Program-made: the position numbers and the translations under genes
Part shown: piece after piece, positions 38,469 to 50,676 of the stretch
Layout: each line of letters begins with the position of its first letter
How positions within the stretch are numbered: position 1 is the stretch's first letter
Source of the DNA: Macrostomum hystrix
Lineage: Eukaryota; Animalia; Platyhelminthes
Length of the DNA: 64,000 nucleotides
Direction: 5' to 3'
Assembly: GCA_950097015.1 (NCBI GenBank)
Contig: CATNEN010000034.1
Location: 1,426,001 to 1,490,000, forward strand
Notes under the pieces: generated by a model
Told to the model about the DNA's origin: nothing
The model's input: the letters and a program-made list of their open reading frames with translations, nothing else
Databases searched by the model: none

Positions 38469-39499
38469 GGTTCTAGGCAGCCCGGTAATGCCACGGCTCG
38501 TCTCGCTGTCTTACAGCCTTCCCCAAACTGAGTTCTCTTGCTGCCCTAAGTCAGGCGGTCTACTTTTGGACCATAGACATTTCGGGCGTGACCAATCGAC
38601 AAAATAATCGATTGCTGCACGCCCCGCGAGACCGCTGGCTATATCCGCTCCGTGAGACTGATTGTTGCACGCCCCAACTGTCTTTGGTCCAAAAGTATAC
38701 AATGCCAGTGATAAACAGCTATTCGTACTGCAAAGTTTTAAACCTCGGGCGCTACGCGCCCTCGGTTAAAAACATTGCAGCACTCATAGCCGTTTATTAT
38801 TATATCATTGTTCTATGGCCCATCCGTATGCGCATGCTTTCAGTCGCCAATGTATACTCGTATCATATGTGACTTTTTAATAGGCAGTCAGAAGGCGGGT
38901 GCAGGGTCAGTTTTCTTAAATTTTGAATAGTTTTATTACATTATTATTATTTTATTATTATTATTATTAAGGTACGCATGCCGATTCGGTGCTGATTATT
39001 TGTTTATTTGATGTTTGAGGCTGAACAATTCGATTTTTAAAAAAGAAGGCGATAGGAAAACAGTAGCATGCATAAGATTAACTTTAGGTAAATGAAATAT
39101 TTGAAAAAAAACAAATTTTTGAAGTAAACAAAGGTATTAAAAAATGAAATATTGAAATTTAAAGAGAAAATTAAAACTGACTGTTTTTGTGCTCCCGAAA
39201 GTGTTTTTGTGTTTATTTGTGATTGTGTTTTTGCATTCTAACTATGGGCCTCAGGGCAGTGGCTTTTTTATCTAGCTTTAAGTATGCTTTCTATGAAGTC
39301 CACAAAACTTTCTGTTAAGTCTGTGCTTTCCTGTGTCATTAAATAAACCATTTTGTCATCAGCTGTTAGGCTTTCGAGATTTCGAACAGTACCTGCTACT
39401 TTCTCTATGAATTTATTTCTAATTGCAACATAAACGGACCAATCGCATCTAAAGAGAATATGAGTTTCGTTCTCTACCTCGACTTTACATTTTGGACAT

Positions 39500-40650
39500 T
39501 TCTGTGTTCATAGGCGATTTTCGGTCTTACAGTGCGTAATGCCTCACAGGCCAGTTTGTGCGCAATGTGTCGGGACATTGTGCGCCTTTGTTCTGGGTTA
39601 GAGATTATTGTTATGTACTTTTCTCTGGAGAAATCTTTCTTAAACGTGTAATAGAAGTGGAAGTACATAACGTCGTGAAAATGCACAATGGGAAAGCTGT
39701 ACATGCAGCACGTGTATAAGGAAACTCGAGAAAAATTTTCGATTCCTTCTTCATATGAAATGCAAACAGAGAGGAAAATAACAGTCACACAACGGGACAA
39801 GAGCTGACTATGATAAATTGTAAAGTGTTTGCTCCAGGTTCGCTCACTGTCCACTCAGCTTCAGTATTTTTCTATCGTGCACTTTATCAGGCGAAGGAGC
39901 GCTCTTTGTTCCTCGTTGAACATAACCCTTGAAGAAGCAGTTAGTGAGGCGCACGCAGCATCCCAGAACATCTGCTTCAGGGAAGTAAAACTCGCCAACG
40001 GCAGCAAAAAATTTCCGCACTCGCAAAGCACATGACGGTGATCGCAGCGAAATGAAGCATCCGAAACAGAGGCAAGCAAAATTGAACAGCCACTTTGTGG
40101 CGGGTGCTTCAACTTTCCACGGGAAATCATTTCAGTGAATTCACCGAGTGGGGTGTTTAAATTTTCGGCAGGATCTTCACCGGCAATTTTCTCCTTAAAC
40201 GTTATGTAGCCGGAAATGTTATTATTATGCCTCAGTTGTCCTTCACCTCAGCAATCGTTATTTCCATCCAAGTTCAAGTAACACAAATGCATGCCTTACC
40301 TGAAACATAATAAACAGATGCCTTTTCAGCAATTGATAGGCTCTCAGCTTTGACGTAGCAGTCATCGAGCGTCGAAAGTTCTTCGTCTGAAAGGGGCGTG
40401 TCGCAGCAAAGTCCTTTGTTGTGCACGAATCCATCCAGCTCTAACACTGTAGAGTTTCATTCGTCGGAGTCGCGTGCTGAGAAGAACTGGCTCTACTGAA
40501 ATAAAGTAATTGCCTCCGCTCATTTGGCGATAAACACCAAATTCTGCTTCCAGAGGATCACTTAGCAATTCCGCTATGAGAATGTACGTTGCACCAGATT
40601 CGCAGAGCAGTCGTTCGCATAGTTCTATGATTGCATGAATAGTGTAAGCT
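39500..40650 (-). mobile_element. 3' part of a P-element/THAP9-like transposase, degraded
   Basis: LAYTIHAIIELCERLL...YILIAELLSDPLEAEFGVYRQMSGGNYFIS (catalytic E region), ISGYITFK, SRGKLKHP. Confidence 0.72.
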
Positions 40651-40699
40651 AATGACCTCTTCGTCTCTGACGTCAGAGATTGGTGTCTTGTTCTTCCCT

Positions 40700-41281
40700 T
40701 CCCTCGCCCTCTTCGATCGGCTTATACTACTCGACGTCGCCTCCTTCTTGGTGAAACTTTCTAACCTGCACTCGAAGCATATCGTTTGCTGGCTGGAACT
40801 CTACACCGGTGATGCTGTTTACTTTCAATTTTAGAATTACACGCAGGTACCTCTGTATTCCTGCCTTATACAGACTAGAGAAGCAGGCGAATATGACTTT
40901 CCATCCTGCCGCTTCAATTTTAAGTAGAAGTACCTTAAGTACAGTTTCGGCCGGCACTTCTGAAACGTCTCTTAGTTTTTCACTCGCGAGGAAATTAAGG
41001 AAGCGTTCACCGTGAATGTACATCTGCTTCCTCGTTTCGGCAGGTAGGCTTTCAATTTCTACTCGATCCATCTCGCTAACATCAAGTTGCTCACCATCTA
41101 GGCACGGCAGTTCATTGTTAGAACGATCACTTTGAATGTAGTCAAGGAACGCGGCAGAGTCGTCGTCGCGTGGGTCGATGTTTGAAGTCTCGGAAATAAA
41201 GTTCAGTTCGAACGATTCGACATGGCCTAATTCGTTGATAGGCAGATTGCGCCAGTTGATTGGAAAATGAATGCCTTCCAT
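40700..41281 (-). pseudogene. YR3: 5' half of a YR1-family recombinase, truncated before the catalytic domain
   Basis: N-terminus INWRNLPINEL...SLPAETRKQMYIHGERF is homologous to YR1 INWSHLPVDSL...YLPRSTKEQMFLYGKAF. ANDMLRVQVRKFHQEGG matches ANRMLRVKVRDFHSKGG. Confidence 0.8.
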
Positions 41282-41774
41282 TCTATCGCGACTCTGAAAT
41301 TGATTATACTCACCCGATGAACAGCGACTCTTTAGAACTCCGTCGTCTTGACCATAGACATATCATTCTCTATGATTTCGTGTGTTCTGCTGTTGTCTGG
41401 AACTGAACTAACTGATTTTTTCTAACCCTTGGCTTTTACCATAGACGGACGGCAGATATCAATATCTGCCGTCCGTCCCCCACCCACTTTGATTTCTAAC
41501 CCCTAGCTGACAATTTGGACAATGATGGTTGTCTGGAATTGAGATTTCAGTTACGTTACGCGCTACGCACGCTCGTGCATATTTGAAGCAATGAAAAGTA
41601 CTTTAATACACTAATAAGAACCACAGACAAGATTTAAACCGAACAATTCAATACGTTTTGGTGGGAAATTCAAACGAATTCGAACAATGCGAAAATGGTC
41701 ATTTGCTTAGTAGGCAGCTCGGTAAATTTTCAGAATGTATTGTATACATTTTGCCAGTTTCAGCGACGTTCTAG

Positions 41775-42080
41775 TCACCGAGAATTGCCTGCCGAGCAAG
41801 GCAGCTCGTCAAACCTAAATTGCACGAGTGTTCTTCCGGCGCGGGCCTCTGCGGTCGGGTTGATGAAGCTATCCGCATTGGCAGCGATCTCTTGCTTGAT
41901 TGCCGCCTTCCAGTCGGGGATTGCGCTCTCAAACGGAGTCAGAAATGAGCTGCATTTTGGCAGCCTGCGAAATTCAATTGCGCCAACAGATTTCTGCAGT
42001 TCGGCGTCATTATGGCTGGATACATTATCGAAAATTATGTAGGCTGGATGCTGGATTTGAGAGTGCTCCAGGTTTCCCAT
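41775..42080 (-). mobile_element. IS630/Tc1-like transposase C-terminal fragment
   Basis: YIIFDNVSSH...RRLPKCSSFLTPFE (D...E motif). Confidence 0.7.
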
Positions 42081-42099
42081 GGTTATCTGCAGGAATTAA

Positions 42100-43250
42100 G
42101 CGAAATGCTCCTTCGTCATGCCCCTGTTGTAGCATTGGTTTGAGGCGACATGGCCATACACACCATCAGTTGGGGCCTCGCTGGCCTCCTATCACGCGAT
42201 AAGCACGAACTCCACGCTGCGCTCTCCCTTGTGATCGCCGATTCCACGTGTCGAAACCGAACTCATAATCGTAGATACATATCTTCGGCTGGTTGACGGC
42301 GTCTGCAGAGCAACACCATGTGGCGTAGGCAAAGCGTTCCTCAATAACTTCCGGAGCTTGCCACGGTTTAGCCAGGGATGCCACGGTTCTTGCGCACTGT
42401 GCCAGTGAGCAAGGTGTCCCGCTGCAGCAGCAGGCGACCAATCTTTGAGAAGTGAACCAGCTGTCCGTAAATACGTGGTAACCAAGATGAAGCAAATTTC
42501 GGCAAAGCGCAACTACAACTCTCTCGCTCATCGATAAATTCTGGCAGCCAAGTCCATCGCCAAAATGCTGATTGGCCTCAGCAGATGAGTGAATCTCAAA
42601 ATGCCACAAGTACGAGCTGGACTCATAGCTGGACTCGTAGCTGGACTCAGATTCGCAAAAGCAGTTATGATTTTATGCCATATCTATTCCTCTTCGTGGG
42701 AATTTACTGTTTGAACTGTAGTCTTCCTTTGTACAGAACAAGACTCTCATCAATCGAGAGCCGTTGACGCGGCATATAGATGGTTCTGCACAGCTCTTTC
42801 ACCTGCTGCAGAAAAGGATACATCTTAGCTAGAGGCCCAGCTGGATTTGGAATGTCCGTACAATCATAAAAGCGCAGGCAGGACAAAATCTGCTTGAACC
42901 TGTCTCTATATGGAGAGCACAATGGAAGACCGGTTCTTTTGACCAGAAGCTGGATATTTCTGGCTTTTATCAAGACCCATCAGAAGCGTGATTCCGATCA
43001 GTTTTCTCCCCTCGTCGACAGTGCAATCCTTCTAGTTAAGTACAAATTTGGGGACGGTTCCGTTATCTAAATTTTCATGGTACGTGTTCCATGCTTTTAA
43101 GTTCGTCCAAGTTTCAAGCAACTCGTCCGTCAAGTAGAGCTTGATGAAAGCAGTCTCATTTCCATCGGCCACTTCAGGTTGCTGCAACCCGGGCTGGACT
43201 CCAGGCACCCAAGAAACTCTACCAGTGGTGCTGGTCGAGAATCAGTGCCT
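42100..43250 (-). mobile_element. piggyBac-like transposase, fragmented
   Basis: RDRFKQILSCLRF, PRQRLSIDESLVLYKGRLQFKQ, LGYHVFTDSWFTS. Confidence 0.82.
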
Positions 43251-43846
43251 TCTTGAACAAGGTTCCAATTTCCGTCAGATTCGCCTTGATCTTCTTCTTC
43301 ATCACTGGAGAGCAGATCAGTAGATCAATCTACAGAATCATTATCGGCAGTAAACCAACTAGCATCTCAATGGCTATCAAAGTCTTCACTCATTTTCAGT
43401 TTCAGTTTCAAATAGAATATACAAAGAGGGACAGGGACAAGAGGAAACAGGTTGTGAATTTAATTTCCTTCATGTGTTTGAAATTATAAATATCTTTATG
43501 GTCAAACTTCATTCGATTTTTTTGTCTAATTGCCTTACATTTGGCTTCGAGCGTAAATCAGCGGATTGCCTTACTCCACTGACACTAGACAGTATAGTAT
43601 TCTTGTTTTGATTCTACATGAATTCATTTAAGCGTGCGGATATGCTTTCGTCTATGGTAAATCTTCATTTAAAATGTTAATTCTTTCAGTGCAGGAATGA
43701 ATTTTCATTTTGATTTTGATTTTGCGGGCAGGACTGCTTTAGGAACGGCCCAAGGACTTCTATATAATAGCATCTGGACTGGAAACGAGAAATAAATTTC
43801 ACAATTATTTTACCACATGAGGCCAATGTTTAGCCGAGCACAGCGG

Positions 43847-45506
43847 TTTAGCTGTTCTCCACCACCGCAGGTGAGGCCAGCCGGGAGCTGCGGCTGCAGC
43901 TGAACGACGCCCCCCTCGCGACGGACCGCCAGCCCCGGTTTCTCGGCGTCATCCTGGACCGCCTGCTGAGCTTCACCGCGCACGCCGCCAACGTCGCAGG
44001 CCGCGCCCGCGCCCGGTGCGGCGTCCTGGCCGCGCTCTCCGGTAGCAGCTGGGGCGCCAAGCAGACCGACGTACGCCGGCTCTACACTGCCTACGTGCGG
44101 CCGGTGCTGGAGTACGCGGCCGGCGCCTGGATGCCGTCGGCCTGCAAGACGGCCATTGAGCAGCTGGACCGAGCCCAGCGCCTGTGCGCGCGCGTCATCA
44201 CCGGGTGCCCTCGGAACACCAGGTCGGAGGTGCTAGAACGAGAGGCCGGCCTGCCCCCGATGGCGGTCCGCGCCGAGATGCACGCCGGCCTTCTCCTCGA
44301 GCGCGCCCTCAGGCTCCCGCCCGACAACCCGCTGCTCGCCTGCGCGGCCGCCGAGGGCCCATGCCGCCGCCTCCAGAGCGCCCGAGGCTGGCGGGAAACG
44401 GCGACCAGAGTCAGCACCGACGCGGGCCTGAGCGACTACCCGCGCGAGCCCGTTTGCGCTGTCCCCGCGACGCCTCCCTGGGCCAACCTGGACACCGTCA
44501 CCTTTGGTCTGCAGCTGTCCGCCCCCTTCTCCCGGTGCGACCCGCCTGAGGCACGGAGAGCGGCGGCTGAGCTAACGCTGGCAGGCCTGCCGCCCGCCCG
44601 CACGGCCATCTGGACTGACGGAGCGGCAAAGGATGGCGTCTCGGCCGGCGGCAGCGGCGCCCTGGTCGAGCCCGACACGGCACTGTGCGTCCCAGCCGGC
44701 CACGTGACGTCCAGCTTACACGCTGAGCTGGTGGCCATCGCCGAGGCCCTCCAGTGGGTGTTGGCGGCACCGGACCCGGCCGAGCTGTCGCCGGTCCGCG
44801 TGTGCTCGGACTCCCTGAGTGCGCTGGCGGCGCTCGAGTCCGGCCCCGGCTCGACGGGCGTCACCACTGCCGATGCCATCTGGGCCAGCCTCTCCCACCT
44901 CGCAGCCGGAGGCGTCGCTGTCCACCTGCAGTGGGTCCCGGGCCACGCGGGCATCCCTGGCAACGAGGCGGTCGATGCCATTGCCAAGCGCGGCTCCGCG
45001 CTGCCGCAGGCTGAGGCCCACATCCCGCTGGCTGCGGCCCAGGCCGCCATTCGCCGCCACTGCCTCGCCCGCTGGCACCAGCTGTACCGCGCGGCGGCCG
45101 CCGACGCTGCGGGCACGAGCTCGCTGCCCTGGCACGCCGCCTGCACCTCGGGCCACCTGCCGCCTCCTCCGCCGACTGACCTCTCGCGGCGGCACGAGCG
45201 GCTGATCTGCCAGCTGTGCGCCGACCGCTGCCATGCCCTCCGGGGCTTCCAGGCCGCGATTGGCGCCCCGGTGGCCCCCACCTGCCGACTCTGGGGCGAG
45301 GGCGACGAGACGGCGACCCACGTGCTCCTCGCCTGCCCCGCCCTGACCGCCCACCGCTGCCGCCTCTGGGGCCCCTGCCCGGAGCCCGGGCAGGTCTTTG
45401 ATTGCTGTGCTTCCGTGCTGGCCCTGCTTGGGAAGGCGGGCATCATCTGATGCCCGGTGCCATGGGCCCTGGCCCGCGCACGCCCGAAGAAGAAGAAGAA
45501 GAAGAA
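43847..45506 (+). mobile_element. 5'-truncated non-LTR retrotransposon (I-group/Ingi-like: RT thumb, RNase H, degenerate zinc knuckle) with (GAA)7 tail and GCACAGCGG TSD
   Basis: Open frame from ~43850 (PRFLGVILDRLLSF...YVRPVLEY) through RNase H (IWTDGA, AELVAI, CSDSLSAL, QWVPGH.GI.GNE.VD) to stop 45450. Tail 45486-45506. (A)GCACAGCGG occurs at 43837-43846 and 45506-45515. Confidence 0.92.
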
Positions 45507-45861
45507 GCACAGCGGCTCTCCAGAGAAACATATCTACTTAAGCCGTCACACATCTCAAGGCGCCTACATTCCAGGCATGCACATTGAATTTGGTGGAAAT
45601 CCTATGTTGTGGAGAGAAATGGAGTCTACTTTTTTCGGAGAAGCATTTCCAATTGATTTCAATGGCGTTTCAAATTGGCATTCCATCGGTCCCCAGCTGT
45701 TCACCATAGACACTTGTTCCAGAACTGCCACGACTTATGGCCACGTAGTGGCACTAATTTGAATTGGATCAGATTTCCTAGTTGTTTCATTTCATACTCA
45801 ACGCAGTTTCCTCAGTTTTCTTTGTCAAGGATTTCTGCGCCATAAAAGCATATCCTTCACT

Positions 45862-46625
45862 ATGGTGAACAAGTGTTCCGCATTCGGTTGCAAGAGCGGC
45901 TTCGCTAATAGTTCAACGCCAGGTACTGTGACATTTCATTGCTATCCACTCAACAACCCGAGTCTATTGAAAAAATGGAATAAAGCAAATCCGAGGAAGG
46001 CGTTTCAGCCCACGAAGTATTCTCGTATCTGCTCGCTTCATTTCACCACTGAGGACTTCGTCGAAACAACTCGAGATAGCAATAGCACTCGCAGAGAGAA
46101 GATAAAGGCCAGGTGACCAATCGTTATCTGAGGCAAGATGCGGTGCCAACTATCTTTCTTAATGCACCTGCATACCTTTCTTCTGTCCGGCAAGCAGCTC
46201 GGAGCACATGCTCTGCGACATCATCTGCGCGTCTGGAGGCTGAAAACATGCGTCTCAATGATCAAATCGCCGACTTCTTTGCCAAAGATTCAATTATCAG
46301 TTGCTCGCCACGAGAAATTCAAGAATTGCTCGAATCAGAGGAAACGAGACCAGATGGCTTTCTATGTGGCCAATCGAATTGAGTACTGTGGAGGCCAAGT
46401 GAGTGGATTGGACAATAATGGAGTGGTTGCTTCAACCTACTGTTGCTTCTTGATAAAGTCAATTGCAGGCAAGTACAAAGACATGGTGTCCATGTTTCCT
46501 CTGGCAAAGCTGACAGCACAGAAGCTCAGTCACTGGTTCTAGGATGTCATGGATTTGCTGCGTAGCCTGCAGTTCTCCGTCATTGCAATATCCGTTGATA
46601 ATGCACCAGTTAACAGAAAGTTCGT
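45862..46625 (+). mobile_element. 5' part of a THAP-domain P-element-like transposase, frameshifted and truncated
   Basis: THAP: MVNKCSAFGC...FH.YP...W...P...RICSLHF...LRQDAVPTIF. Then CFLIKSIAGKYKDMVSMFP and SVDNAPVNRKF. Confidence 0.82.
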
Positions 46626-47069
46626 CGCCGATTTTAACTCAGAACTCGATTTTAAACATAAATTAATAATCTGAAGAAAGGAACTAGCCAGTTAACATTA
46701 CATCTCTGGATTTCCGACATTTGAATTTCCGATCTTGCATTTCCCAATTTGACAGATTCCATAGAAAGCAGGGGAAAAACTGGCCTCATGAGGTAATGGG
46801 TATTTCTTCGCTTCCAGTCCAGATGCTATTATATAGAAGTCCTTGAACGGCCCATCCTATGCCCGCTGTCGGTCTGGGCCATAGACATATGGAATGAAAG
46901 CAAAAACAAATATATTTAATGGAGTACGGCAGCGCATAAAAGTACAACAGTAATGACAAGAGCAGTAACAATAATAACAAACAGGGGAGATGAAACAACA
47001 CACAATTAGCCACACCCATAGTCCAAGTAGTCATAGACAGACTGTGTTAAATGTAATTTCTCTGTCCGA

Positions 47070-47114
47070 ACCACAGATACTATAATAATCAACAGTTATT
47101 ATAGTATCTGTGGT
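47070..47114. other. Perfect 19-bp inverted repeat with 7-bp spacer
   Basis: ACCACAGATACTATAATAA-TCAACAG-TTATTATAGTATCTGTGGT, 27 bp beyond the YR4 stop. Confidence 0.92.
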
Positions 47115-47140
47115 CCGAACCGGCAAGAGATCAGAGACAC

Positions 47141-48700
47141 TCACAGGAAGAATAACAGGCGACTACCATTCTTTTCTAGTACAGCAGTCGGCAGAACTCC
47201 ATGAATGTCACTAGTACGCTGCTCGCAATCCATGGTAGCCACTTTGATAGTGCTCGATGTAAGTCCTACGCTCGGACCAGACGATGGAGATGTGACATAG
47301 CTCGTGGCTTGTTCAACGATCAAACCAGATGATGGCGAAGCAATGGTCAGAGCGTCTGACAGTTGCCGTTTCTTTGTTGGCGAGATCCGTTTTGTCTACC
47401 TCTGGATTGACTCTGGTCTTTTGTGACCAGTAACACATTGGATGTCGCCGACTGCAATGCCTTTGTTTGATAATGTCGTGACGACAGTAGCACGAATGCA
47501 ATGATTTGTGTACTTGCGTGATAGATTCGCCCTTGTAGAGATCCGAACCATCATGTCGTTCAGGGTGTTCTTACCGAGAACTTGAGTTGCGCTGTACCAC
47601 TGTTCCTTAGATAATTTCGCCAACGGCCTTGGAAACAAATCACTCACACCAGGAGGCAGCAAGGTTAAATAAAGGCGCACTGCGGCAACAGGACACGTTG
47701 ATGGGTTATTGGTGGCATACATCTTAATCTGCTTTCCCGTACATGGGTTGGCAGCATTAGTTGTCTTCTCTTTACCGGACATGACCAAGTCGATGCAGGC
47801 AGTCCCAGCCTCCTCAGAGAAGACAATAGCGTCCTTCGTCAGCTGGCGAAGCCACTCGCGTCCTCTGAAGTTAAAATGCGTACACAACTTGTAGAAAACC
47901 TCATCTTGTAGTTTCACTGGCGTAGTTCGATCAAAGTACGATCCGAGCTTCACAACATCCTCGTCGGTGATGGCTTGAAAGCCGCTCTGCTCTTTAACGT
48001 GTCTGTTCCGTTTCACGGATGCGGCTAGAGTAGCTTTGTAGGTCTTGTCAAACTTCTGAAAGGCTACATTGCCAATCACTTCCAAATCCCTCACCTCTTT
48101 AAAGTGACGATGGAGGCTGGCACGAAAGCCTGCCAACGTGCTGACGCTGTAGGCATCTCCGTCTGCCCTTCGTAGGGATGCAAATCATAAGCGCATGTAC
48201 TCAACAAGATGCCTTAGAGGCATGCTGTCAATACAATCAGGAAGATTCTCCTTGCGCAAAAATGTCCTAAATTTCTCCACACACTGTCTTGTTTTGGCAT
48301 CTGTAGAGGCTACGCGAGAGGCCGTCTCCACGTCTAAAATCGCACCCACTTCTTCAGGCGATAACTCCCTGAGTTGATTATCACTGTTCGCTTCGGCGGC
48401 CAAATCGGATACAAGGGCGTCCAAAACGCCGTTGTCCAACGCACGACTGTGTCCAATTCCAGGTACAGGCAGGCCGGTGTATTGGTTAAACAATCGTCCA
48501 CGGCCACGCAGTTGACACACAAAGTCGATCTCCTCGCGCTCCAGACCGTTAATCTCTCCTCCCTCTATACAGGAGTAGTCTATCATGTGTATGCGTTCTA
48601 TAACTAGAATGAACTGGAGTGACACGTAAGCTGGAATGAAAACGATATTTCTGTCTGGCTGTTCTATCTGACAAGAGAGATGATTCTCTATCGAACTCAA
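47141..48700 (-). pseudogene. YR4: Crypton-like tyrosine recombinase, single reading frame with two in-frame stops (48185-48187; 47396-47398)
   Basis: YMRL*FASLRRADGDAYSVSTL, FDRTTPVKLQDEVF, FNFRGRE, CPV, LFPRP, YTNHCIR, TGH, SIQR* followed by an in-frame tail to ...SRLLFFL*. The true start may lie downstream of 48700. Confidence 0.88.
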
Positions 48701-49144
48701 AGGCTTTTCTGGAACTGTATTCTAGAAATTTGTCTATGGTTAATAGTGGGGGCTCTGCCCCCACACCCCGTCAAGGGAGCAGAAGGCTTTTCTTCCATAG
48801 AATATCATTTTCTAGCGGGCCAAGAAACGTGACTTGTTCTTCGTTTCCGTTCAAACCAATGCAGTTTGCGTCGCGGGCCGAGGAATAACGTTTCTCGGCC
48901 CGCCCTTAGAATCAAGAAGGAATACTAATCCTTCACGCTGTCTAGGGCAGAAAGGACAGCGTGCCCTATAAAGCCTGAAGGATTCATATATTCCTGCACG
49001 GTAATAGACAGAATTGTATTTTAATAAGAACAAACAAGTGACACAAAATGAGAAATATTGACAAAGAAGAGTAACAACAGTAACGTATTAAAGCAATGGA
49101 ACACTCAAACAGACAATAGCTCGTAGATCAATTTCGATCCTTAT

Positions 49145-50676
49145 CTACTCGAAAACGAACTGCACCACGTTGGAATCCTCATCAGCGATGATCCTCATCT
49201 TCTTTGTTGACGCCAACGTAGTCGGCTCGCTTGTTAACAGCACTTCAGACTGCACCGCACTCCGAATGCCGACCGATGAAGTCTCAGAGCCAGTTCCGTC
49301 AAGAGCAATAGTCAATTGTTCACTCATACCCGCCATTATAGTGCCTCTTCGTTTTCCACGTCGAATATACCGTTCGACGGATGTACTCGACTGAAATTTT
49401 CACATAAACGTAAGAATAATTCTATCAGATGCAATGTGCAAGCTTTGCTAAGTTGTGTAAACACAGTGTAACGGTTTTCAGCTTACCTTGTGCCCCGTCA
49501 CTTTAGCGATGGTTTCTACGGCGTATCCAGCCTCGTGAAGTTCTGTAACAACGGTCGCTCTTACACAGTGACCTGTGTACGGCTTCGAAAGATTTGCCTT
49601 TTCAGATATCGTCTCCATCAGCGGCCCTAAGGTGTTGATACCAACAGCTTGCTTGGTGTACCAGATTCCGTTTGGTCCAACCTGTTGCTTCGGCCGAAGA
49701 AAGAAATCGGTGCCGTTCCAGTCGGGAACTGCAGCAATTTTCGATAGATACAGTTTGAAGGCCTCAACAGGGCAGCATTTTGATCCTGGCTTAGCAACCA
49801 TAGGAGCCTCCTTGTTGTCATCACAGTCGCGAATATCCACCGATCCCTTCACATTCTTAGAAGTGCTGCTTTGTAGCTTGATCGCCGTCATGCCGTTCGC
49901 AAGGACCGTCTCGCTGAACGAATTCGCAGTCAGGCCACGCAACCATTCACGGCCACGATTGCCATAGTAGAAGATCATATTGAAATACTGCAGACGGGCT
50001 GGTGTGCTTCGGTCAAAATAGCTGGCCAAGTTCATCAGATCATCGGATTCAATCGCATCGTAGTGCCGAATTCGTCCTCCCGATTTTAGGTACGCATTAC
50101 ACACATGCTTTACCATCAAGTTCGCAGCGTGAAAGGCTGGCTCGGCAATAATATTTAGTCCGCGCAGCTTCATAAAGTAGCGATACAACCCGACAATGGT
50201 GTCAGGAGAATAAAATCCTCCATTGGGTTTACGCTGCGAAGCATAGAAGTATCGAATCCAGCGTGCGAGTTCTTCAACAGAGACGTTCTTGAAGTCAAGA
50301 TGCAAATTGCAGCTCTCAAGCCAGTCGGTAAGACGCTTGATAATGGCCTTCTCCTTGGAAACGCTTGTTCGGCACTCATTGTCTCGTTCCAATTGGTTCG
50401 CGAGATGATCCGTCGAGATGGTTCGTCGAGCGTAGCCAGCGATTCGGGATCCGCAGATATCAGCTTGGCCAGCTCATCATCGAAGTTGACATCTGCTACC
50501 AAAGCTGTCAGTTCGTCGACAACTCTCTCTAGCTTGCTAGATGTGCCAGCTACGAGTAGAACCATCTCCTTTTTACTAACTCCACACACAGACACGTAGC
50601 GCAGGTCTATCAATGGACCAACCAAATTTTTGTCACTCCGAGTGGCCGTGGTTGATTTCAATTTTCTAAATAACAA
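49145..50676 (-). pseudogene. YR5: Crypton-like tyrosine recombinase with a 96-bp intron (49391-49486), a frameshift (~50400) and small in-frame deletions
   Basis: FYASQRKPNGGFYSP, FDRSTP, GNRGRE, SKN, CPV, FFLRP, YTGHCVR, TGHK|SSTSVERY joined by a GTAAGC...TTTCAG intron. Confidence 0.88.

Noticed and set aside
44436-45531. Long antisense ORFs (336 aa, 271 aa) over the retrotransposon
   Set aside because: Shadow ORFs expected from very GC-rich coding sequence.
40650-46625. Idea that the P-transposase 3' part (minus) and THAP 5' part (plus) are one element split by a 6-kb inversion
   Set aside because: The middle of the transposase is missing from both, the 3' part is joined to YR3, and no reciprocal junction was found. 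Two independent fragments are simpler.
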